From contig JAGBHO010000047.1 in NCBI GenBank assembly GCA_017935485.1, positions 99,578-163,577 on the forward strand: a DNA stretch of 64,000 nucleotides, written 5' to 3'. Both the position numbers and the translations under genes were made by a program. This DNA comes from Alphaproteobacteria bacterium (GTDB taxonomy: Bacteria > Pseudomonadota > Alphaproteobacteria > RF32 > CAG-239). Below are positions 1-8,305 of this stretch, piece after piece; position 1 is the first letter of the stretch; the number at the start of each line of letters is the position of its first letter. A model generated the notes under the pieces. The model was not told where the DNA came from. It did not search any database and saw only the letters and a list, made by a program, of their open reading frames with translations.

Positions 1-438
1 CGGGGTTTCTCCGAATTCTTTTTTGACGTATTCGCGCATTTTTTCACGATCAAGCGTCCAGCGGGGAATTAGTTTTGCATAACCGTTGAAGTCTTTGATG
101 AGCTTGTATTCTTCCCCTTCAACGTCTACGACCATATCCAGATCTTCTTTAGGGTATTCTCCGAAAACATCCAGCGGGACAATGTGATAGACAGCGCTGC
201 CTTTTTTTGACAGTTGCGGCAGAGCCACAAAATGGTAAAACTGACGCAGTTTGTTTTTGGGATTGAAACATTGGCCGATCCAGAGCAGATAATCTTTACC
301 CTTTTGGAATTTGAAGTAAGTCAGATTGTAGTCCTTTTTACAGTTCAGGCGGCGCAACAGCGGTTTTTCAACGGCTTTATAGTTGCTTTTTTCCAGATAA
401 AGACTGACTTCCCGTTCACTTAAATTTATTATTTCCAT
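1..438 (-). CDS. hypothetical protein, 3' end cut by the window edge
   Basis: Hand translation of the minus strand from ATG at 438-436 gives 146 codons with no stop up to position 1 (MEIINLSEREVSLYLEKSNYKAVEKP...KKEFGETP). It is absent from the ORF track because it is truncated. No family recognised. Confidence 0.5.
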   Translation of the reverse strand, partial: MEIINLSEREVSLYLEKSNYKAVEKPLLRRLNCKKDYNLTYFKFQKGKDYLLWIGQCFNPKNKLRQFYHFVALPQLSKKGSAVYHIVPLDVFGEYPKEDLDMVVDVEGEEYKLIKDFNGYAKLIPRWTLDREKMREYVKKEFGETP

Positions 439-616
439 AATTTTAAAAATTATAAAGTTAGACATAATTATTTTTAGTTTGACGTAATTTAACAGGATCG
501 TGATTGCAAGTCAACATAAAAACTTTGTTTTTTTATAAAATATATTGACAAAAATTTCGCAACAAGTATAATATGTTTGTTAAAAATTTATTATTATTTA
601 TTAAAAATAATTTGAT

Positions 617-1144
617 ATGGAGAACTTTATTATTATTTTGACTGTTTTTTTTGTTTTAGGAATTATTTCTTTCAGTGCGTATCGTCTTAAAGTGCTCAGA
701 CAGAGTTGTTCTGTTGATGTTCAAGGTTCTGATACAGATCGGATTGTGTCTGCTTATCGGATGAATGAAAATTATGCCCGCGGACGTTCTCGTATTTTTC
801 TTTTAAGCATATTCGCTGTTGCCGCAGTTTCTTTGGCAGGTTTTGGTTTTGCCCGTTATCAGCATAATCAAATTGTTCCAAGCAATATTCAAGAGATTGC
901 TGTTTCGGAGAAGGTTTCTTCCGATAAGGAAATTGATGCCTTAAAAAAGGAGATTGCTGAGTTAAGAGAATTGGTTCCTGCGGATAAAGAAATCAAGGCC
1001 TTAAAAAAAGAGATGGCCGAATTGAAAAGTCAGGTACATTCAAAATCTTTTTTTTCAGAATTTGAGCCGCGTGATATAATGGCGTTTGGTGCTTTTGTTA
1101 TTATAGCTTGGATGGTAGTATACGCTCAAGTAAAAAACTCATAG
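617..1144 (+). CDS. membrane protein with a duplicated coiled-coil motif
   Basis: 175-aa ORF with hydrophobic helices at the N-terminus (FIIILTVFFVLGIISF) and C-terminus (FGAFVIIAWMVVYA). Internal repeat DKEIDALKKEIAELRE / DKEIKALKKEMAELKS. Confidence 0.6.
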   Translation: MENFIIILTVFFVLGIISFSAYRLKVLRQSCSVDVQGSDTDRIVSAYRMNENYARGRSRIFLLSIFAVAAVSLAGFGFARYQHNQIVPSNIQEIAVSEKVSSDKEIDALKKEIAELRELVPADKEIKALKKEMAELKSQVHSKSFFSEFEPRDIMAFGAFVIIAWMVVYAQVKNS

Positions 1145-1160
1145 GTATCTGAATGTAATA

Positions 1161-1210
1161 AAAAAACACTCCGAAGTTTGTTGTTGCAAGCTTCGGAGTG
1201 TTTTTATTTG
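1161..1210. terminator. bidirectional rho-independent terminator between convergent genes
   Basis: Perfect 10-bp stem CACTCCGAAG (1167-1176) / CTTCGGAGTG (1191-1200), flanked by an A-run upstream and a T-run downstream. Confidence 0.65.
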
Positions 1211-1225
1211 TTTTGTAAAAGAGTT

Positions 1226-2008
1226 TTATTTGCCGAAAATTCCAATGCTTTTGACGCGGTCTTTGACACCGCCGACAACATTGTTCAGGTTTTCATTGGC
1301 AAGGTCTTTCAGGTTGGAAAGATTGCTGCTGACTGCCGTTGCCGAAGCCGTACTCAAGATCTGGTTGAAAATTTTGCTAATGCTTTGGGTAATGCTGTCA
1401 CCGTTTTTGGCGGCTCCGATGTTGTTCATCTGGATTGTCGGCAAGGCAACCGTCATATCGGTGGTTTTTCCGGCGACATTAGCGGCAGCCTGCAACTCTC
1501 CGTTGTTGATCGTCAAAGATTTGATAATGACCTTTTTGCCGCCCTCTTCTTTGGCTGAAGCATCGGCTTTTTTCTGTTCGTCTGCTTTGGAAGAAGCTTT
1601 TTGGCCTGCCGATGTGAACTCTTTGATGTTGTTTTGGACCTGTTTGACGTTGTTTTGTGTTAAAGACAACATTTCATAGGTGACGACAGGCTTGTCAATG
1701 TTGATTTGTTCAATAACGATCGTGTCTGTGGTCAGGCTTTTAAGGTTGACTTTAACCGTAATTCCGTCGAGGCTGAGCAGGTATGGCTTTTTGTATCCGG
1801 CCGGATTGGCAACGGTGATTTTTTTGATTTTGCCTTCGCCGTTTTTGACAGAGAGGTCAAACCCTTCCAGATTGACATCGGTTCCGGTTACCTGAGAACC
1901 GTATTTGTGGACGAGTTTTTTGACAATGCTTTCCATGGAAGGCGTAAAATACCAAGCTCCGGCAATTGCCGCGGCCAAAACACCCAAGATGACATATTTC
2001 TTTTTCAT
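1226..2008 (-). CDS. membrane-anchored or exported hypothetical protein
   Basis: 260-aa ORF with an N-terminal hydrophobic anchor (MKKKYVILGVLAAAIAGAWYF). AAGGAAA lies upstream of the ATG, and the gene overlaps the upstream gene by 4 nt. Confidence 0.65.
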   Translation of the reverse strand: MKKKYVILGVLAAAIAGAWYFTPSMESIVKKLVHKYGSQVTGTDVNLEGFDLSVKNGEGKIKKITVANPAGYKKPYLLSLDGITVKVNLKSLTTDTIVIEQINIDKPVVTYEMLSLTQNNVKQVQNNIKEFTSAGQKASSKADEQKKADASAKEEGGKKVIIKSLTINNGELQAAANVAGKTTDMTVALPTIQMNNIGAAKNGDSITQSISKIFNQILSTASATAVSSNLSNLKDLANENLNNVVGGVKDRVKSIGIFGK

Positions 2009-2859
2009 AATATTTTTCCTTTGATGTTAGTTGTGTTTATATTTTCTTTTATAAAGTTTCTGATGATTTTTTCAATCATTTCCTGTGATTTATTATCAGT
2101 ATTATGCTCTCTGATGCGTTTGAGCATTGCTTCTATGCAGCCCAGATTGTGCAGAAAGGCAAAAGATGCGGCAAATTTAAGGTCAAAGACCCAGCTTAAT
2201 ATGCGCAATATCCGGTCCAGCGGCGAAGCGATATCGGCATTACGGCAGAGTTCATGGCGGGTCAGGCTTTCCAAGACTTTAGGACTGGCCTGAGAATCCA
2301 TTTCTTCTGTACCGCAAATTAAGGCGCCGTAGTATTCCGGATGGCGTTTGAACAAATAAAAATTGGCTGTTTTATCGGCGTCTTTGATTAAAAAGAAAAG
2401 GTTTTTCATCAGTTCCTGCTCCGCCGGAGAAGCCTTAAGCCAGCCCTCTTCCGTAAAAAAGTCGCTGTCCAGATGTCCGTGGTGGCGAACCGGAAACAGC
2501 AAAAGCGGATTGCCGTACTGCGGTTCAGCTTTCAATATCTCATAGCTGAACTCGCCATGGTCATATTTGCACAGGTTGGCGCCGTGCAGATCTTTATTGT
2601 CACAGCGCAGGCAAATTTCTTTAAATCGGCCGATATCATGAAAAAGGCACCCTAACCAGCCGAGATATTTTTGTTCCGGCGTCCAGCTTTGCAGTCCTTT
2701 TTCATTTTTCAACAGGTAATTGCCGGCACCGACAACCTGCATGGAATGGCGGAACTTTTCATCGGCGTAGAGGCATAGTTCTTTAGAGGATGAAACATAA
2801 GTGCGGCATTTTTGATAATGTCTGTATAAAAAGTTTTTATCTGTTTGCTGGTCGTTCAT
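2005..2859 (-). CDS. HD-domain phosphohydrolase family protein
   Basis: 284-aa ORF with an HD signature (LGCLFHDIGRF) and downstream His/Asp clusters (VRHHGH, IKDADK). GGAGAA lies upstream of the ATG. Confidence 0.7.
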   Translation of the reverse strand: MNDQQTDKNFLYRHYQKCRTYVSSSKELCLYADEKFRHSMQVVGAGNYLLKNEKGLQSWTPEQKYLGWLGCLFHDIGRFKEICLRCDNKDLHGANLCKYDHGEFSYEILKAEPQYGNPLLLFPVRHHGHLDSDFFTEEGWLKASPAEQELMKNLFFLIKDADKTANFYLFKRHPEYYGALICGTEEMDSQASPKVLESLTRHELCRNADIASPLDRILRILSWVFDLKFAASFAFLHNLGCIEAMLKRIREHNTDNKSQEMIEKIIRNFIKENINTTNIKGKIL

Positions 2860-3385
2860 CTTTCTGTTCTCCGGAAGGGCTGTAGAAAGAAAAGCATAAT
2901 TTGTTTAATAAAATTTTAAAAAGCGAAAACGCCTGCTTGAAAAAGCAGACGTTGTTCGTGTTAAACCAAGAGGACAAGGCAAGACAGAATATGTTGTCGT
3001 TGGTTTAACTTTCACCCCAAAAAATATTTTATTTTTTCTTTTTTTGTTTTCAGAAAAAGAAACCGACTCTCACGAGGGGGTTTCTTAAAAGAGTTGTAAT
3101 GCAGAAGAAGTTTGCAGATATAGTAACATAAACTTACATTTTATGAACTAAATTTGTGAAAAAACGAATAATCTGCACTTGCTTCCGTATCTTTGCACAG
3201 ATGCTTCACAGCATTGTTTTACTGCAACAAAACTTTTTTGATGAAAAAACTTAATTATTATGGAGTTTTCGTAAAACATAGTAGTAGATTAATAATGGGT
3301 TAACGGTTTGTTTATATAATATATTGCATTGTTAGTCAAGACTTATTTTGTTAAAATGTACAAAAAATTGCAGAAAAGAGGAAAT

Positions 3386-3838
3386 ATGATAAATCATGAA
3401 GAGAATTTACGCAAGGCCATAGAGCTCAGCAATCAGTCCGTAGACGGCGGCAGTTCGCCTTTTGGGTGTGTGATTGTTGATGCCGGCGGAAAGGTGGTCG
3501 GACAGGGGCATAATCGGGTGGTGCCGGACAATGATCCGACAGCTCACGGCGAGGTTATGGCAATCAGGAATGCCTGTAAAAATCTGGGCAGTTTTGATTT
3601 GTCCGGATGCATCCTTTATACTTCCTGCGAGCCCTGCCCCATGTGTCTGAATGCCTGCAAATGGGCGAATATTAAAGAGGTTTATTATGCCGCCGATCGG
3701 TATGATGCCGAGGATATCGGCTTTCGCGACCGTGTGTTTTATGAAGATGATCCGGTTGAACTGGTCAGAATAGACTTGCCGGAAGCCAGAGAGGTGATGC
3801 AAAAGTGGAAAAATAAGGCGGATAAAATCGAATATTAA
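3386..3838 (+). CDS. guaD: guanine deaminase (CDA-fold, Bacillus GuaD type)
   Basis: Zinc-deaminase motifs HGEVMAIRNA and YTSCEPCPMCLNACKWA. From memory it is close to B. subtilis GuaD over its whole length, including the ...KIEY C-terminus. Start chosen at the internal ATG preceded by AAGAGGAAA (the track ORF begins at 3329). Confidence 0.75.
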   Translation: MINHEENLRKAIELSNQSVDGGSSPFGCVIVDAGGKVVGQGHNRVVPDNDPTAHGEVMAIRNACKNLGSFDLSGCILYTSCEPCPMCLNACKWANIKEVYYAADRYDAEDIGFRDRVFYEDDPVELVRIDLPEAREVMQKWKNKADKIEY

Positions 3839-3866
3839 ATTTTTAACAAATTTTGAAAATTTTTGC

Positions 3867-3895
3867 TTGCAAATATTATTTATCCGTTTTATATT
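3867..3895 (+). promoter_or_regulatory. sigma70-like promoter candidate for tRNA-Lys
   Basis: TTGCAA (3867-3872), 17-nt spacer, TATATT (3890-3895), about 30 nt upstream of the tRNA. Confidence 0.35.
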
Positions 3896-3927
3896 GCGTT
3901 CGTTATCTGATGATAACTGCCCACATT

Positions 3928-4003
3928 GCGTGCGTAGCTCAGTTGGTAGAGCAACTGACTCTTAATCAGTGGGTCCGGGGTTCGAACCCCCGCGCGCGTA
4001 CCA
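3928..4003 (+). tRNA. tRNA-Lys (anticodon CUU)
   Basis: Hand-folded cloverleaf. Acceptor GCGTGCG/CGCGCGT with two G:U pairs, D arm GCTC-AGTTGGTA-GAGC, anticodon arm ACTGA-CTCTTAA-TCAGT, T arm CGGGG-TTCGAAC-CCCCG, encoded CCA. Confidence 0.95.
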
Positions 4004-4012
4004 GTTGATAAT

Positions 4013-4045
4013 GACGTTTTCTTCCTTGGAGAACGTCTTTTTTTT
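4013..4045 (+). terminator. rho-independent terminator after tRNA-Lys
   Basis: Stem GACGTT...AACGTC followed by T8 (4038-4045). Confidence 0.7.
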
Positions 4046-4353
4046 ATGTCTTAATATCAGGTTCTCACCCCTCCGGGGTTTGTTCTTGTTCGTAAGTGTT
4101 GCGTATTAACCGCAACACTAACTCCAATTCCGACTAAGCAATTGTATCGATGTCTGTCGTCATCTCACAATTACAAGTCTCATTGCGTCTCCTTACAAAA
4201 AGCAACATTAGTTGCTTTTTGTTTCGGCCGTGGTCACTCGGTTTGTAACGCTTGTTTCGCGTTGCTACAGCGGGTGAGGCGTCAGTTTGTGCGGTGTCCT
4301 GAGCCCCGCGATGCTATGGCGGGGATGTGGGGAAGAGAGTGCTTTGAAGCACT

Positions 4354-4542
4354 GTCATTCTCGGGCTTCGACCCGAGAATCCATGATGAAACAAGCAAGG
4401 TGCCGGTTACAAGATGGATTGCCGGATCGAAGTCCGGCAATGACAAAAGAACAAGCACCGTCATTCTGAACGCAGTGAAGAATCCAGATTGAAGAATAAA
4501 GCTAGTTTGTTTGACTGGATCCTTCGCTCCGCTCAGGATGAC
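4354..4542. repeat. cluster of four short palindromic elements (GTCAT[T/C]-stem-loop-stem-[A/G]ATCC) in alternating orientation
   Basis: The four copies are 4354-4382 GTCATTCTCGGGCTTCGACCCGAGAATCC (+), 4416-4444 GGATTGCCGGATCGAAGTCCGGCAATGAC (-), 4460-4485 GTCATTCTGAACGCAGTGAAGAATCC (+) and 4517-4542 GGATCCTTCGCTCCGCTCAGGATGAC (-). Each is a hairpin with conserved GTCAT/ATCC ends. Confidence 0.8.
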
Positions 4543-4637
4543 GGAGAGAGAAAAAGTACTCAGGATGACGGGGAAAAAAGGGCTTAGGATGACGGGGAGA
4601 AAAGAGGATGACAATAATAAAAAGTGCTCAGGATGAC
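4517..4637 (-). repeat. degenerate tandem array of the element half-site (GTCATCCT on the minus strand), five copies
   Basis: AGGATGAC occurs at 4535-4542, 4562-4569, 4586-4593, 4605-4612 and 4630-4637, separated by purine-rich spacers. Confidence 0.75.
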
Positions 4638-4752
4638 CCGCACGGGGAATGTACGCTTTGTTTAGTCGAAATGACAGGCATGACGGACAGCATATGCTTG
4701 TGAGCAATGTCCGAAGATACCCATAGGCTAATGTCTGCCATTGGGGCATATA

Positions 4753-4788
4753 ATAAAAAAGAGAGGAAGTTTTATGCTTCCTCTCTCT
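4753..4788 (-). terminator. rho-independent terminator of the 4796..5209 gene
   Basis: Perfect 10-bp stem AGAGAGGAAG (4760-4769) / CTTCCTCTCT (4777-4786). On the minus strand it is followed by a T-run. Confidence 0.7.
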
Positions 4789-4795
4789 GTTTGGT

Positions 4796-5209
4796 TTAGG
4801 CCGTTAAGACTTCAAGCGTTTCAAACATTACGCGAATATGATGTTTGGTGCCTGTTGTTATAATATGGCACATACCTGCTTCAGACATTGCGGCAAGTTC
4901 GTCAAATTTTTCTGATTTAACGAGTTTTTCCAGCTTTTGTTTAACCATTATCATGGCCATTTTGTCACGATAGTGTCCTTCAAGGACAGTTTGGAGTGCC
5001 AGAATTATAGAACCGGAAATTTCGTAGAGTTGAAACAAAATGTCTTTTGTTTCTTTGGTGCCAAAACTCCAGCCTTCCCGGATGTCATTTGCCCAGCCGG
5101 AGCGATAACATTGTAATGCGTTAATTTCTGATTTTACATCCTGTGCACATACTTCTATCTTTGCCATAACTATTCTGGGTTTGTTTATAGAGGGTGTGTC
5201 CTTTTGCAC
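4796..5209 (-). CDS. hypothetical protein
   Basis: 137-aa ORF with its own terminator and no recognisable motif. The real start may be the internal MAKIEV. Confidence 0.5.
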   Translation of the reverse strand: MQKDTPSINKPRIVMAKIEVCAQDVKSEINALQCYRSGWANDIREGWSFGTKETKDILFQLYEISGSIILALQTVLEGHYRDKMAMIMVKQKLEKLVKSEKFDELAAMSEAGMCHIITTGTKHHIRVMFETLEVLTA

Positions 5210-5344
5210 GTCCCGTTCCCTCTTTTGTTAATAATAAAAATAAAAAATATTTAATGTATTTTCTTTATATCATAAATTTATGTCCGGGTCAATTTTTATT
5301 TTGTCTAAAATTTGTGGCGTTTTGTAATATTATTTGTTTAAAAT

Positions 5345-5380
5345 GAAAAAAGAGCGGGAGTTTTGAACTCCGCACTCTTT
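5345..5380 (-). terminator. rho-independent terminator of the 5393..5788 gene
   Basis: Imperfect hairpin AGAGCGGGAGTT / AACTCCGCACTCT, with a T-run on the minus strand. Confidence 0.55.
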
Positions 5381-5392
5381 TGTTTTTTAGAA

Positions 5393-5788
5393 TTAGAATA
5401 AAGCGGCGACGACTTCTTCGTAGTCAAGAGGAGTTGCATTTTCATAAATTTGTTTGTTTCGCAGCGGCCCTTCCCAAGCCCATAAGTCCCGCGGATTAGA
5501 AGCCTGATGGCAATATTCCGTTTCATAGGCTATTCCGCCGAATGCAGCTTTTAAAGCTTTGGCGTGTTCTTGCGAACCAACAAAATATGAGCAGTCCATT
5601 GCCAAGACTTCAAATTCCAAGCCATGCCGAATGGACCCGTAATAGACGACATCGCGTAAAACGCAGCCGCTATCATAACATTTGAAGAATATGCTTCCAA
5701 TGTTTTTTACATATCCGGCGGGAGATATTCCTCTTTCAAGTTCTTTACGGATTTCTGCCAATTTGGCTTTTTTTTCTTTTAATTCCAT
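5393..5788 (-). CDS. hypothetical protein
   Basis: 131-aa ORF, no recognisable motif. Confidence 0.5.
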   Translation of the reverse strand: MELKEKKAKLAEIRKELERGISPAGYVKNIGSIFFKCYDSGCVLRDVVYYGSIRHGLEFEVLAMDCSYFVGSQEHAKALKAAFGGIAYETEYCHQASNPRDLWAWEGPLRNKQIYENATPLDYEEVVAALF

Positions 5789-5869
5789 ATTTATATTTTT
5801 TAATTTAACAATAATTTTTTTACATTCTTATCATATCATAATTTTATGTCTCAGACAAGCGTTATTTTG

Positions 5870-7315
5870 TCAATTCTTGTCTTTTTGTTTAATATCCGGC
5901 AGGCGGCGCAAGACCGGGATGTCAAACCAGAAGCAGCTGCCCTGCTCCGGTATTGATTTCAGTTTTATATTAATGCCTAGAATTTCAGCAGATTTTCTGA
6001 CGATTGCCAAGCCCAGTCCGGAGCCGCGGCTGCGATTGTCGGCAATGTGTCTGCTTTGATAAAATTCGTCAAAAATTTGTTCCTGTTCTTCCTGACGGAT
6101 GCCGGCGCCGTTGTCAATAATCATGATGCGCAGGTAGTTTTTATACCATTTGCAGCCCAGAATGATTTTGGTTTTGGTATATTTGACGGCATTGCTCAAC
6201 AGGTTTCGGATGAGGCGTTCCAAAATCAGCTGATCACTGAAAACAACGGCATTATGGGGAAAAAAGCGGAAAGAAATTTCTTTTTGCCGGCATATTTCCC
6301 GATATTCTCCGGCAATCTTTTTTAACAGAAGCGCAATATTGAACTCAGCGAATTCTCCGATTTCGGCATTGGCTTCAAGTTTGGACAAATCAAGCAGGTT
6401 GTCGAGCAATGATTTGAGGTTGTCGGCCGAGGCCTCGATTTTATTCAGCAGCATTTTTTGATAATCGGTCAGCTTTTCTTCGGCCAGAGCGCTGATAAAC
6501 ATTCCCAGAGCCTGCATGGGTTGGCGCAAATCATGGCTGGCCTGTGCCAAAAACAAAGATTTGTCACGATTCATGTTTTCGGCCAGTTCTTTGGCTTTTT
6601 CCAAGGCTGTTTGGGTTTTGATGAGCGGCGTTAAATCCTGAAACGTACCGGCGATTTTGCGATGTCCGTCATCATCAATGATTCCGGCTTTGAAGAAGCA
6701 ATATCTCAGGCTTCCGGTTAATTTTCGGATACGGATTTGACCTTCAACCTGTTTGCCGTTACGAATCAGTTCGCGCAATTTTTCTTTATATATTGGCAGG
6801 TCTTCTTTGAGCATTTGCTCCCGAATGAGGTTTTTTTTGGGAGAAGTATCAAGTGCGGAAGCACCAAAGATGCGGAACATTTCACCGGACCAGTAGATTT
6901 TTTTGTGTTCAAAATCCAGTTCCCAATAGCCGATATGCGCCGTTCTTTCGGCAAATTCAAGCCGTTGGGCGGTTTTATCCAGGCTGGCGGCCAGTTGTTT
7001 GCGCTCGGTGATGTCTTCTATGCAGATAAAACAATTGGGCTGATGTCCGTAAAAATAGAGATTACAACATCTGCCACGCAGGGAAAGCTGTAAAGACTGG
7101 GGCTGTTGCAGGCGGACGGCATTGGAAATTTTTGCCAGAATTTGCGGGGCGCAGTTTTCCGACCAGGCTGCCAGATTGCTGCGGAGGGCTTCGGAAGCAA
7201 GAAAATGGCCTGCCGCCCTGTTCATATAAATAATCCGGCCGGTAACGTCCGTTGCCAGCAAAGCATTAGTTGAAATATTTAATAAAAAGTCACATCTTGC
7301 ATTATCCGTCTGCAT
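5870..7315 (-). CDS. cytoplasmic PAS-domain sensor histidine kinase
   Basis: H-box SHDLRQPMQAL, N-box LLSNAVKYT, G1 DNGAGI, G2 GSGLGLAIV. Two PAS-like segments lie upstream and there is no TM helix. No response regulator gene is adjacent. Confidence 0.85.
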   Translation of the reverse strand: MQTDNARCDFLLNISTNALLATDVTGRIIYMNRAAGHFLASEALRSNLAAWSENCAPQILAKISNAVRLQQPQSLQLSLRGRCCNLYFYGHQPNCFICIEDITERKQLAASLDKTAQRLEFAERTAHIGYWELDFEHKKIYWSGEMFRIFGASALDTSPKKNLIREQMLKEDLPIYKEKLRELIRNGKQVEGQIRIRKLTGSLRYCFFKAGIIDDDGHRKIAGTFQDLTPLIKTQTALEKAKELAENMNRDKSLFLAQASHDLRQPMQALGMFISALAEEKLTDYQKMLLNKIEASADNLKSLLDNLLDLSKLEANAEIGEFAEFNIALLLKKIAGEYREICRQKEISFRFFPHNAVVFSDQLILERLIRNLLSNAVKYTKTKIILGCKWYKNYLRIMIIDNGAGIRQEEQEQIFDEFYQSRHIADNRSRGSGLGLAIVRKSAEILGINIKLKSIPEQGSCFWFDIPVLRRLPDIKQKDKN

Positions 7316-7324
7316 AAAAGCCTT

Positions 7325-8305
7325 CTAAAACTCGGTGGTATACAGGATTTCCCCGCCGGCGTCAGGAAGCTCGAATATCCAGCCGGCGGTGAGGAGTTCA
7401 TAGCTTGCTATATAATCCTTAAATTTGCCGGTTGTAAGGCTTGCCGCAGATAATTTTGTCGTCAGCCAGTATTTTTGGCCGTTTGTGTAAATCATGAGTT
7501 CGTTGGTCAGGCCGGAAAATGTGCCGAGCCGGATTTTTCTTGACTGCGGATATTGGTTGAAATCAAAATCTTTGACGGGCTTGACATCTTCAAAAATCAC
7601 GTATTTGAGTTCATCCCAGAATGCCGGAATGCTGACGCTTTTCAGGTCTTTGTTAACAAAATCCTGTTTGTTGTTCAGACGCATGAGCAAAGACTTGCTG
7701 CCGTTTTTCAGGGAGGCAACGGTTTTTACGGCGGATTCCGGATAGGAGAACAAAGGCTGCTGGTACCAGGAGTAGCGGTACTGCGGCAGTGTAAAACTGC
7801 CGGAAATCAACCATATGTCTTTTGTTCCGGGGATATGGGCATAGGTGTAAAGCCCGTTTTCGCTCCGCAGGCCGAGATTGATTTCATTTAAGAGAACGTT
7901 CTGGGAATAGATTTTGACCGAGGCAATGTCGGACATTCCTTGGCCGGCGCTTTTCAATTCCAAGCCGTATTGTTTTAAAAGTTCCGGTGTGGCGGGCTGC
8001 TTGCTGTAATAAACGGACTGTGTCATGGCGGAAAGCAGGTCATTTACCAGCATCAGGCCGGCATAGTAGCCCTCTGCCCCGTTAATGCGCCAGTAATTGT
8101 TTGTCAGAACCAGATCAAAAGTCTCTTTGGTGGTTGAGATTGTAATCTTGTCAACGCTTTTGTCATAATTTACGGCATTGGCAAAGACCAATTGTCCCAA
8201 TCGGGAAGCCGGCTGACGGCTGTTGAGCCACAAAAAGGAAAAGGCTGCGAACAGGCCAGATATGATAAACAGCAAAAAAGCTTTTAACAGAAGGCGTTTA
8301 TTCAT
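7325..8305 (-). CDS. DUF4340-like membrane-anchored protein, last gene of the ABC/GldG cluster
   Basis: 326-aa ORF with an N-terminal TM helix. It sits downstream of the GldG-like gene and overlaps it by 8 nt. The family call comes from the typical cluster context and remembered sequence features. Confidence 0.55.
   Translation of the reverse strand: MNKRLLLKAFLLFIISGLFAAFSFLWLNSRQPASRLGQLVFANAVNYDKSVDKITISTTKETFDLVLTNNYWRINGAEGYYAGLMLVNDLLSAMTQSVYYSKQPATPELLKQYGLELKSAGQGMSDIASVKIYSQNVLLNEINLGLRSENGLYTYAHIPGTKDIWLISGSFTLPQYRYSWYQQPLFSYPESAVKTVASLKNGSKSLLMRLNNKQDFVNKDLKSVSIPAFWDELKYVIFEDVKPVKDFDFNQYPQSRKIRLGTFSGLTNELMIYTNGQKYWLTTKLSAASLTTGKFKDYIASYELLTAGWIFELPDAGGEILYTTEF

Noticed and set aside
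4517-4637. Possible CRISPR array (five AGGATGAC-containing repeats)
   Set aside because: The repeat unit is only about 8-13 nt and the spacing is irregular at 19-27 nt. The spacers are purine-rich and similar to each other, and there are no cas genes. It is a half-site array of the palindromic element.
4142-4749. ORFs 4142..4492 (+), 4287..4469 (+) and 4282..4749 (-) downstream of tRNA-Lys
   Set aside because: They are built entirely from palindromic repeat elements and hairpins (peptides such as VILSGAKDP and PDFDPAIH). They overlap each other on both strands, and none has a ribosome-binding site.
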